Origin: the human T2T-CHM13v2.0 reference genome, Homo sapiens
Length of the DNA stretch: 64,000 bases
Strand: one strand, 5' to 3'
Assembly (NCBI RefSeq): GCF_009914755.1
Contig: NC_060935.1
Shown here in pieces: positions 43,255 through 54,679 of this stretch. The notes beneath the pieces are model-generated. The model was given only the letters and a program-made list of their open reading frames with translations, had not been told where the DNA came from and made no database searches. Made by a program: the position numbers and the translations under genes. How positions within the stretch are numbered: position 1 is the first letter of the stretch; every line of letters begins with the position of its first letter.

Positions 43255-44524
43255 GTGAGGCCTCCCCTGCCTTGCCTGTCCAGGAATGCTTCTCTAGGCC
43301 CTGGAGGCTGCACTGGCCTGGGCTCTACTTGTCATAGTTAGAGAGACTGGCACCTTCCTCCTTGCATCGCCCCCCAGCTCCCACCCAGGCAGTCTGCACC
43401 TGGAAGGAGCTGGGGACTCCACAGCTCTCGCTCACCCACTCACCCTGGCCATTCATTTATTGAGCCACTCATTCATCAAGTATTTACTAAGTGCATACTG
43501 TACTCTTTTCTGGCATAAGGTCTGGTGGCGGGAGGCCCTGTAGACAACAACACAGGTATAATCTTTGTCTTCTCAGAACTTATAGTCTAATGAAGAAGGA
43601 CATCAAATCAGAGGACTCATTTCAGGTGCAAATGAGTGCTATGGAGGAGAAATGCCAAATGCTAAACGAACATGTCCTGAAAACCTAATCCTGTTTATTC
43701 GGAAGGATGGTGACCTGGGAAAGCTTCCTGGAGAAAGTCACATTTAAGTTGAGGTTTAAGGAATAAATTGGAGTTAGCCAAGTGAAGAGTAGGAGAGTGT
43801 GGGCAGACTTGAGAACATTCTGGGGAAAAAGATCATTGGGTGCTAAGAAAGAGACTAGGGCCTCAGAGAAATGATGGAGGTCCTGGGTGACTCAGTTTAG
43901 AGTCACCTCCTCTAAGAAGCCACCCTGGATCTCCTGACCTTCCAAGCTGGCTGAAGAGCTCCTCACTGGGTAACTCAAAGTTCCATATTATGACGCTGTC
44001 ATTGTATTTCTCTTACAAAGGTCTGGTTTTGGGTTGGTTTTCTCTACCAGCTGTGAGCTTCCTAGGCCAGGGGTCATGTCTCTCTCTTTGACAGTGCCTG
44101 GATTGGTGCTCAGTAAAGGTTTGTGAAATATAGGAACACGTGTGAAAGCCACTGTCATGCAGGCCTGATTTTCATGCCTAACCTGTGTGCTAAACTGGGA
44201 GTCACCTTCAGCCACAGCTCAATACCCCTCCACCTGGAGGAAAGTCTCTTTGGAGAACCAGCTCTGTTGGAGGGCACCTTGGTCAGTACTGAGTTAGGGT
44301 CAAGGGGTTGGGGGTGTGGGGAGACCCCAGTGTTCAGTGTCTCCCCTCTGCTAGCCATTTGTGATCCTTCTGTCTCAGTCATGGACCTATGAGACTGCTC
44401 TAGGGGCCATGCCCTGGATGGGCGGGGAACTGCAACCAATTTTCCTCTCTCTGCCTCGGCCTATCACATAGCAGAGATTTTCATGACCTATCATTTCATG
44501 ATGGATATGTTACAATTACTTAGA

Positions 44525-44720
44525 CTAATGCATTGCCATACACTCGTGGGTTACAAAATCAACTTAACGAATCACAACCATCATTAAAAAATGAGACAAA
44601 TAAAATAGAAAATATTGTAAGAGTGTATTACGCATGATAGAGATAAGTATTATTTTGTAAAATTTTTAGTTATATATATTTCTTATTGTAGGTCATGGTC
44701 ACAAAAGCTTGAAAACCCTT
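44525..44720. mobile_element. hAT-Charlie MITE (MER112-like)
   Basis: AT-rich; GTGGGTTACAAAATCAA...AATAGAAAATA...GGTCACAAAAGCTTGAAAACC resembles recalled consensus. Confidence 0.55.
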
Positions 44721-45513
44721 TAGTTAGACCATGGGGTAGCTTTCACAGTTCCCACTTGTAGTTGAAGTGGCTCCAGCCTGCTTAATCACATTGAACAGTA
44801 ATCTGATGGAAGGTGCCTTCCTGGGAAGGGTTTCCACACTTGGCAGGGATAAGCTCTGGGAAGCTCTCCCCTCTACCCCACCCCGTCCTTTGGGTCTATG
44901 GCCTTTGAAGTCTGGGTTCTGTCTGAATGGCGGGGGCAGAGATGTGTGTGTGTGTGTGTGTGTGTGTGTGACAGCAGCACAGGAGTGAGATGTGTGCCGA
45001 TGGGTGTAGGGGAAAGTTACAATCTGTACCTGCCAGGGGCATGGGGGAAGGGGAGTGTGTGTATAGTGTGTGCACTGAGAGTGTCATGGGAGAAATTTAT
45101 GGGGTGTGTATAGATGTGTGTGTTTGTGTTCTGTATGAGTGTGAGATGGTGGAGTATGTCTGTTGGCCTTCAATCTGATGGTATTTCCTGGGTAGGATAA
45201 AGAGAAAAGTTCAGAAATACGGAGATGGCATGATTGACTGGGAAGAGCCCTGGAATCTGAGCCATCCAGACCGGGGCTAGAATCCCAGCTCTGGGATTTC
45301 CTAGTTTTCTGTGTGTGGCCTTAGTCACTTCACCTCTCTGTGAATCCATTGCCTCCCCTCTGTGATGTATGGGGACTGAGCGAGATCACAGAGGAAAGGC
45401 AGTTGGTATGCAGGGGACAGCCATCGGCATTAGTGAAAACTCAATAAGGTGTGAAGCTCAGGGTCAGGCCTGTGGCAGGAGCCTGCAAACCAGCCTCTGA
45501 ACTCCCTACTCAG

Positions 45514-45632
45514 GTACACAATGACCCGCAGTGTGGCTCTTCACCCTACACCTGCTCCAGGGCTGTCAGCCTCTTCTTTGTGGGTGAGCAGGAGATCCAT
45601 CTGGCCAAGGAGGTCACCCATGGAGGCATGAG
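45514..45632 (+). CDS. OTOG: Otogelin exon 7 (VWD1), [18 protein letters not shown]...HGGM
   Basis: 119 nt, CTCAG| and |GTAAC. Confidence 0.95.
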
Positions 45633-46852
45633 GTAACTCTAACACCTTCCACATCGAGCTGTCCTATCCCTGACACTGGTGGTGGTGGATGGGTGAGCAT
45701 CCGCTCTTCTCAAGCCCAAAGGAAATTGTTTTCTGGGGACAAACAGCAATTTCCACTATCTGGGCGGAAGCATACTGGCAGATCACTGGGTTTCTTGCCA
45801 GTGGGGTTTGCAGAATGATTTTTTTTTTCCTGGAACTCTCAGATATTGCAGATTTCCAGACAGCAGGCTTTCAGGAAAATAGAGTTTTCCAGTGAGTTGA
45901 GAGTTTATCATGATAAGCATGCTTACTTTTCCCTCCCAAAATCTTCCCAAATGGATCATACACAGTTTCTACCTCCTCTCAGCAGATTCGGAGTACACTT
46001 CCATTTCTGATGACACAGGGTCATTGTGAATGTCAGTTATCTTGCTGGGCCAACAGGGATGCTTGGAGGACCACCAGAGGAGTGGGGACCCCTTGCTCCC
46101 ATACTAAAATGCCCCAGACTGTGGTCCTTTGTGAAATCTTTCCTGCATCTCTTCCTCACTGTTCTTTCCTTTCCTTGCTGTCCACTGTCACTTCTTGTTG
46201 CTGTCATGGGGTCTTCCTGTAATGACACTTCTCCCTGTCCTCATCTCCTGCTTCAGATCTGGAAACTGGGTGACCAAGCAATTGTTCTGGGGCTGAGTGT
46301 AAAATTGATGGCCTATAGGTTTCTCCTGTGAATGAAGAGTTGGTAAATGGGTCTTGTGGCTAGTTAGACAGTACTTTTGTTTCCCTTTCCTGAAATTTTG
46401 CTGGGTTCAAGGTTGCCAAATTCCAGGTTGGCTAGGGGTCCCTGTACCAGGAAAACTGGGAAAGTGGTCAAGGCTGCTGGAGCCCGCCATCTTTTCTTGC
46501 ACTCCCAGTTTTCCTCCTCTCTTGGCTTCTGTTTCCACTTGGTTCCTGCTCCCCACCAAAAAAATAAAGCAGATGTTTGTTTATATTCTATCCTGTCTGG
46601 GAGAAAGGAACTTGGAGTCACTCACTCTAAGATTTATTCCTGCCCAGGAAATTGCCGTCTTAAAAAATTTCTAAAGACAAAAGAATCCATCTCTAATGGT
46701 ATACTTCCAGGCACCTGGGAATTCTGGGAATTCATGGGGAGGGGAAGTGGGGGCCTTGGATCATGGGGTAGGGACTGGCTGTTCCTTCGGTGAAGAGACT
46801 GGGCTAGTGGAGGTGTTGTGGATACCCTGAAGCTCTGGGATGTGCCCTGCAG

Positions 46853-47058
46853 GGTCCAACTGCCACATGTCATGGGGAGCGCGCGTCTGCAGCAGCTTGC
46901 CGGCTATGTCATCGTGCGGCATCAGTCAGCCTTCACACTGGCCTGGGATGGTGCCTCGGCTGTCTACATCAAGATGAGTCCAGAGCTTCTGGGCTGGACC
47001 CATGGGCTGTGTGGGAACAACAATGCTGACCCCAAGGATGATCTGGTGACCAGCTCTG
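46853..47058 (+). CDS. OTOG: Otogelin exon 8 (VWD1), VQLPHVMGS...[20 protein letters not shown]
   Basis: 206 nt, TGCAG| and |GTGAGG; GLCGN motif. Confidence 0.96.
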
Positions 47059-47919
47059 GTGAGGGTCAGACAGGTGGCCTCTGAGGGGTGTTGGTGGGGA
47101 TGGGGGACAGGTCAGGCTGGGAGGGGTTGGAGGGGACTTGGAACAGAGCCCTGGGGTCGTGGTCATGGTATTAAAGACCCAATGGAAGGCCAAGGACCCC
47201 TTCCTAACAAATGTGTGTCCTTGGGCATGTTCTTAAACTACTGTCAACCCCAGGTTCCTAATCTGCAAAAATAGTCATGATAAGAATTCCCACTAGGGTT
47301 GTGGGGGATCTAATAGACACTTTGCAGGTGGGATTGACCCTGCAATGTGGGGCATGGGGTAGGCAGGGAGCAGAGGGCTAGAGACAGCCAGGAAGAGAAA
47401 TGGCCCAGCTAAAGACACCTATGGAGGAGTGGTAGGAAGTGAGTGAAGCGTTCAGGGCCAAATCATGGTGGCTCTGGCCAGAAGGGTCGTGACCCCTTTT
47501 GAGCACCTACACCATACTAAACACTTTACATGCATCATCTCAAGTAGTCCTTGCAACAATCTCACTGGGAGATTATGTTCCCTATGGCAAATATGGGGAA
47601 ACTGAGGCTCAGAGAGACACAGGAGCTTGTTCAGGCTCACACACCAGTTCTCTTTCCGGTGCATGGTGCTGCATCCCCTGAGTTTGGAGCCATAGGGAGC
47701 TACTACAGGTTCCTGAGCATTCTTGGCTATTACTATCAAACAGCTTTTTCAGGAGAATGGCTCAGTTGGGAAACCCTGATTGGGATGGGAGCTCAGGAGA
47801 CCGGATTCTTCAAAACTCCTTACCCATCCCTTGGGATCCGCTTTCCCTCAGAGCCTTCTGTCCCTCCCATCCACCCAACCCCATCGCTGCCCCATCATGA
47901 TGTCAGCTCCCTCCTCCAG

Positions 47920-48050
47920 GGAAGCTGACTGACGACGTGGTTGAGTTTGTGCACAGCTGGCAGGAGCAGGCCCCTAACCAGCCTCCAGGGCCCACAACTT
48001 CCTCCCTGCCTCGCCCACCGTGCCTACAGCAGAACCCAGGAACCATGCAG
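47920..48050 (+). CDS. OTOG: Otogelin exon 9, [16 protein letters not shown]...NPGTMQ
   Basis: 131 nt, TCCAG| and |GTCTGG. Confidence 0.94.
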
Positions 48051-48272
48051 GTCTGGAGCTTGGGGAGAAACTCCCCTACCCTAGAGCCTGACTTGCTATC
48101 CAACTCTTCGAAAGCCACTGGCTGTGGCACCCCAGAATGTCTGGTGCCCTTGACCCCATCCCTCTCTTCTCTGCCTTCCTCTCCCTCTCCCCACAGCTCA
48201 AGTTGGGGTTCTGTGTGGGGCTGTGTGTGGCTTTGCCAGCCCCTAGCCCTGGCTCCTGGTCCCTTGCTCTAG

Positions 48273-48379
48273 GGCGTGTACGAGCAGTGTGAGGCTCTAC
48301 TGCGGCCCCCCTTTGACGCCTGCCACGCCTACGTCAGCCCTCTGCCCTTCACAGCCAGTTGTACCAGTGATCTCTGCCA
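48273..48379 (+). CDS. OTOG: Otogelin exon 10 (C8), [35 protein letters not shown]
   Basis: 107 nt, TCTAG| and |GTGAGT; C8 pattern F-x-x-CH-x-x-V. Confidence 0.95.
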
Positions 48380-48786
48380 GTGAGTAGGGGTGGTGTGGGC
48401 TATGGGGAACCCTCTAGTATTGGGGTGAGTGCTCAGCACACGGGCCATCAAACTGGGTGATCCCAGGCACTGCCAGATCTGCTTCCCAAGGCTCTGAAAT
48501 TCTTATCTGCCTAGGTGGGACAGAGCTGCCCCATTCAACTGAGGCTTGGAAATGGGGCCGGACCCCGTTAGGGTCACATAACAAGTTAGTGGCAATGCTG
48601 GGACTAGAATCCAGGATTTATAGCTCAAGTCTAGGGATCTGTTCACCTAGATGCCTTCCTGGGCAGCCTTTCCCAGCTGGGTGGAGAGGAGAGATGCCCT
48701 GAAGCCCTGGCAGTGTCTATGGGATGCTGGTGGGCTGGTGGCACTTTGGGTTTTGTTCCAGTGTGACCCTTGGTTTCTCTGCACAG

Positions 48787-48896
48787 ATCAATGGGTGATG
48801 TAGCCACCTGGTGCCGGGCACTGGCGGAGTATGCCCGGGCGTGTGCCCAGGCAGGGCGGCCCTTGCAAGGCTGGAGGACCCAGCTCCGGCAATGCA
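48787..48896 (+). CDS. OTOG: Otogelin exon 11 (C8), [23 protein letters not shown]...LRQC
   Basis: 110 nt, CACAG| and |GTAGGT. Confidence 0.95.
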
Positions 48897-49268
48897 GTAG
48901 GTGCAGCCCAGTAGTGGGGCAGGGAGGCCTTCAGGCTGTGGGTGGCATTCTCAGGCCTCAGCTCAATGTCTTGTCCTGCTCAGAATCACAGTTATCAGAA
49001 CTCTCAGCCCCGAGGTTTTATCGCCATGAGAAAGACGAAAAAACTGAGGCTCAGAGTGGGAGGAGCTAGCCTGGGTGATTCTCAGAGCCTCCCCTTGCAA
49101 TTCCTTCTCCTTGTCAATTTCCTGGGCACCCAATGCTCCCTCTGGGACTAGGAAATCATGAAAATCAAAGCCCTCCCTCCCATCCTCACTCCACGGCCTG
49201 GGGTAGGAGCTGGGTCCTGGCAGAGCTGGGGCCAGTAGCTGAGAGACCATGGATCCCTCCTTCCCAAG

Positions 49269-49397
49269 CTGTGCACTGCAAGGAGAAGGCCTTTACCTAC
49301 AATGAGTGCATCGCCTGCTGCCCTGCCTCCTGCCATCCCCGGGCATCCTGTGTGGACAGTGAGATCGCCTGTGTGGACGGCTGCTATTGCCCCAATG
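49269..49397 (+). CDS. OTOG: Otogelin exon 12 (TIL), [21 protein letters not shown]...DGCYCPN
   Basis: 129 nt phase 1-1, AAG| and |GTATG. Confidence 0.95.
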
Positions 49398-49489
49398 GTA
49401 TGCTAGGGGCAGACGTAGGTGCCTGGCACCATCTTCCTGGCCTGGCACAGATGGCCACGAAACAGGAGTTCAGAAGATACCTGTTTGTG

Positions 49490-49681
49490 GAAGGAAGGAA
49501 GGAAAGGAGGGAGGGAGGGAGGGAGGAAGGAAAAAAAGAAGGAAAGAAGGAAGGGAAGAAGGAAGGAGGAAGGAAAAAAGGAGGAAAGAAGGAAGGGAAG
49601 AAGGAAGGAAGGAAGGAAGGGAGAGAGGGAGGGAGGGAGGAAGGAAGGAAAGAAGGAAGGGAGGGAAGGAAGGAAGGAAGG
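49490..49681. repeat. GGAA/GGGA homopurine low-complexity tract (~190 bp)
   Basis: Only A/G on + strand. Confidence 0.95.
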
Positions 49682-50443
49682 AGCAAACAATTAACAAATG
49701 AATAAATGGTTTAAGGGAAGTGAGGGTGAGGACAGAACTGCAGCCTCTCGAGAGATTCATCAGGACATTTGATTTCATAGGGATATTTAAATTAATCAGG
49801 ACTGCGCTTCTTAAGGTGTGTATGAGAACAGATCATTGGTTTATGTATACACATACATTTGTTTAAGCATTGGTCCATGTATGGGGACTGGTTTTCAGTG
49901 TATAAATTTGCAGCACATCTATAGTGTGCTTGGCTAGGAGGATGGTTGAGATAAAAAATATAAAAATAAAGCCATTGACTTTGGGAATCAGAATCTGGTT
50001 TCAGAGATATCACGCTCATATGACCAGTCTAAGGTATGATGTGGTGAAAGCCAGCTCAGGGGAGTTCAGATAAGAAAAAATACAGGAATTCAGAATGGGG
50101 AGAGGTTGTCAGGGAAGTCATTCCTGGAGGAGGTGGTGCCTGGCACCTAAGCTGTTTTTGATGCGGTGACAGGCTTTTGAGAGGTGGTGAGGAGAAGCTC
50201 GTGTGCAGGTTGGGGATGGGGTTGTGGGCAGTTCTCTGAGCAAAGGTCTAGGGGTGGGATTCTTTCATCAGAAGGTGTTCACTTCTGGCCTGAGCCAAGG
50301 ATTTATAGAGGAGAAAGTTTGGAAGTCGGTTCAGAGATGAAAGAAGTTAGATAAGGGGATCTTTATCAGAGGCCCTGGGGAGCCACGAATGGTTTGTGAA
50401 CAGGGGCAAAGGTGAGTTAATTGGCCCTTTGCTGTCACTCTAG

Positions 50444-50552
50444 GGCTCATCTTCGAGGATGGGGGCTGCGTGGCACCAGCTGAGTGTCCCTGTGAGTTTC
50501 ACGGGACTCTGTACCCACCTGGCTCTGTGGTGAAGGAAGACTGCAATACTTG
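50444..50552 (+). CDS. OTOG: Otogelin exon 13 (TIL/E), [20 protein letters not shown]...EDCNT
   Basis: 109 nt, TCTAG| and |GTCTGT. Confidence 0.94.
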
Positions 50553-50825
50553 GTCTGTGTCTGCTGCCGGGAAGCAGGGTGTGGGGCATGGCCGCTGAGG
50601 CTTTCCACGAGGGCTGCCCATCTGGGAGCACTAATGGCTGGCGTCGGGGCACTCACTCAGTACCTTTGAGTCCCAGGGGAGTCTCATTAGATCCAATCCA
50701 TGGGGGAAATCTCTACCACCCATTTTAGAGATGGGAAGACTGAGGGCTGTGGGCCCTGCAGTTTCCCAGCATCTAGCTCAGGCCTGGAGGGGTGACCTCT
50801 TGCCTCCTTGGTCTCTGTGTTTTAG

Positions 50826-50872
50826 CACATGCACCTCAGGCAAGTGGGAGTGCAGCACAGCTGTCTGCCCAG
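50826..50872 (+). CDS. OTOG: Otogelin exon 14 (E module), CTCTSGKWECSTAVCP
   Basis: 47 nt, TTTAG| and |GTATGT. Confidence 0.94.
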
Positions 50873-51396
50873 GTATGTCTGCCCCCCACCTTGCACTAGG
50901 ATCCCTTCTACCAGTCTGATAGGTTTTGGGGCAAGGAATCTCTGGGGGCCAGGCTTGCTGCGGGTGGGGATGTCACTCAGTTCCATTGGCTACGCCCCGA
51001 CCCCTGTTTCCTCAGAATCACTTTGCCTGATTAAGGTCTGGCTCCAGCCCCTGCCAGGAAGGGTTTTCCATGAGGAGAAGGGGTTTCCATGGGTTCTGTA
51101 TATCTAAAGACCTTCCCGAGCTAGGGGTACTTGGCCTGAGGCTGGTCCTCAAGGCTGGGCCCTGGTCTCCCCTCCAAGGGAGATCCCCAGGGCAGGGCTG
51201 TACCTCTCTTCAAGGAGTTCTCTGGGGACAAGCCTGTGTCTCCCACTGCCCAGGGCTCTCAGGGGCCAGGCCTCATTCCTTATACTGCTCTTATTCTGGA
51301 GGGCAGGGTGCTGTGTCCTCCTCATACTTGGAGCTTGCAGGGCAGAGTTCCCCTGGGGCGGCTCCCATGGGTCAGTGGCCTTTTTCTACCTCTCAG

Positions 51397-51542
51397 CTGA
51401 GTGCTCAGTGACTGGTGACATTCACTTCACAACCTTTGATGGCCGCCGGTACACGTTCCCCGCCACATGTCAGTACATCCTGGCCAAGAGCCGCTCTTCG
51501 GGCACCTTCACCGTGACATTGCAGAATGCCCCATGTGGCCTG
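51397..51542 (+). CDS. OTOG: Otogelin exon 15 (start of VWD2), [21 protein letters not shown]...APCGL
   Basis: 146 nt, CTCAG| and |GTAAG. Confidence 0.96.
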
Positions 51543-51744
51543 GTAAGAGCTGGGGATCCCCAGGCCCGATCCACCCAGCTACTCCTGCCTACTGCCCCCA
51601 AGAGAGACTGGGACTTAGGACAGGGCTCAGGTCTTCCCATGGCCCCCACCTGCTGCCTCTTCTCTCTGGGGAGAAGACTGGACTCCAGCCCAAGCACCTC
51701 TGCTCTCTGCTGACTGAGTCACTTCCCTTTTCTGGACCTCAGTG

Positions 51745-51775
51745 GGTTTTTGGTTTTAGGATTTTACTACCTAAA

Positions 51776-51815
<40 letters not shown>

Positions 51816-52426
51816 ATGAAAGTGTAACACTGGCACCTACTTTTAAATCCATTAATTTATGAAACAAATCTCTTGTAGAATATGTTGGCATTGAAACAGT
51901 AGGTGGAGCTTGCAGTGAGCCGAGATCGTGCCACTGCACTCCAGCCTGGGCAACAGAGCGAGACTCCGTCTCAAAAAAAAAAAAAAAAAAAAAGAAATGT
52001 AATGGCTATCTACAAAAAGTTAGTTTTGATTGTTGGTTTCCTCCCATATTTTATGTGTCTTCACACTTAAAGAAAATTAAAATTTTCAAACATTTTATAT
52101 TCCACAATTTTTGAAAAAGTACACCGTTTTTCACTGCTATGGTCTTTATAAAGGACATGACTTAAAATTTCAAATAAAAAAGAATGAATGTTCTAGGATA
52201 ACTCTGTCTTTTAAGAGCATCTTTATACGGAACAATTTGAACTGGCATTCAGGCAACTTCTTTTGTTGTTGCACACCTGTATTAGGAAAATTACACCCAT
52301 TTTACAAAAAAAAAATTCCAAACTATTTACTGAAATAAGCTCAAAACAATGTTAGAAAGACCAGTGTGAATGGCACACAAAAATCTCTTCCTTATAAATT
52401 ATTAACTGGAATTCCTGATCATGGAG
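51745..52426 (-). pseudogene. Candidate processed retrocopy fragment (3'UTR-like) or L1 transduction
   Basis: AT-rich non-SINE insert between TSD TGG[A/G]CCTCAGTG (51733-51744, 52427-52438) splitting a MIR-like sequence; T-rich left end; parent not identified. Confidence 0.55.
51902..51993 (+). mobile_element. 5'-truncated AluY 3' fragment nested in the insert
   Basis: GGAGCTTGCAGTGAGCCGAGATCG...CCGTCTC plus ~21-nt poly(A). Confidence 0.9.
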
Positions 52427-53314
52427 TGGGCCTCAGTGTTTAAAAAAAAATCTCTAAAATTGGTTTAATTTAACTTTATCGTCTCTGCTTCATTGGATTG
52501 CACCTTCAACATTCGTCCCTCCCTTCCTTCCTTCTTTCCTTCCATCCTTTTGTCCTTCCTTCTGCAAACATTGAATACCTATTTGTGCCAGAGGCTGAGC
52601 TGGGTCTTGGAGACTGGGATGAATTAGACATGGCTCCACCTCCCTGGGCCCTATAGTTTGGTGGGCAAGGCAGGCAAGTGAACTGTTGTAACTGGGCTAC
52701 AGCAGCTGTGAGAACATGGAGGGCACAGGGTGGATCTCTACGGGGGAACTTCTTGTTGTTGTTGTTTTACTTGGGCACTGGGTGACAGAAGTGTGAAGTG
52801 GATCAGGAAGGGCTTCCTGGAAGACATGACCCTTGAACTGTGTCAATCACCTGTGAACATAACTGAGAAAATGGCCAATGTGCAAGTCTGGGGTAGATGG
52901 GGGTTTGTTTGTCTCTCAGCGGAGACTCCGTTGTCCCTGGGTTGATCATGCTCAGCCAACCCTGGAAGCCCCAGTCTGGGCTGTGCCAAAGCTCTTCCTT
53001 GTGCATCAGAGCAGGAGCTCACACCCACAGCCAGGGCAGCTGCCCCACAGTCCTGCCTCCCTGCTGGCCTTGCTCCAGCCCCCAGCACTGAGGGCCCTGA
53101 ATGTGAGCAGGCATCAGCTGAAGGTGTCACTCCATGGCCCTGGGGACACAGGCTGAACTGTGGATGAGGCAGAGGACTGGTCTTTCTTCTCCTTTTGGCC
53201 TGAGTGTGCCCCTCCCTTCTTTCTGCTAGAGAATGGCCCAGCCCTGGCTTGGCTGCTCTCTGAGTCAGGAGACTGCTCTTCCTCAAAAGTGGGGTCATTC
53301 CCATCACATCCTGA

Positions 53315-53817
<503 letters not shown>

Positions 53818-54679
53818 TGACAGCAGGTTCTTTTTACCTTGGGCCAGCTCTCCTCCTTGTGACTTCACCCACATGATGGACCCATGGAGGGCCAGCCCTG
53901 TGCCAGCTCTGTGCTGGGCATGGTGAGGTTACACAGAGTAATCAGACCCTGATCCTATCTTCAGGCTCTTGTGGCCTGTAGGGAGGTCAGCGTGTCCTCA
54001 GACAGCTTCCATACAGCTACAACATGATCAGTGCCATCACAGGGGAGTTCTGTGGAAGAAATAGTCCTATAGGTCAGAAAAAAGGATCAGGGAAAACCTC
54101 ATGACAGAAGTGGCATTTGGGCTGAGTGACCTAAAAAGTGAGCCTAAAAATATTCATAGAAATCAGTATGCCTGGGTAAGGAGAGGGAGGGAGGGCACTC
54201 CAAGGGTTGATTAGATTATATGAGAAAAACAACGAGGTTGGAATATTCCAGGATCCATTAAAGCAGATGCAGAAGGACTTGGCAACTGACTGACTGTGTC
54301 TGGTGAAGCGGGGAGTGTGTGGGAGAGAAGTCAAAGATGAAGCTGCGACTGCACTCCTGGGTGCCCAGCAATGGAGTGGAGTGGGGACATTCACAGAGAG
54401 GATGATAATGACAATGATAAAATATTTGCACAGTGCCTTGAACTTTGACTAACTACTTTGCAAAAAACATGTACTTTAAGTCTTAACATACCCCATGTGG
54501 TAGTTATCATTCTCCCCATTTTAAATATGATGAGACAGGCCTACAGAGGCTTGGGGCATTTTTGAGAATCCACAGCCAGCAGGAGGCAGAGCTGAGCCCG
54601 ACCTAGGGTTGGATGTTATCACAGCATCTGAACACATCCACCCCAGAATCTGTGTAGTGTTTGCAGCCCTCAAAGTGTT

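Noticed and set aside
45745-45895. Possible Tigger-like MITE remnant
   Set aside because: TIR similarity too weak to name
49133-49778. ORFs rich in GRKE or PSF repeats
   Set aside because: Low-complexity GGAA tract; only 49269-49397 is real coding sequence
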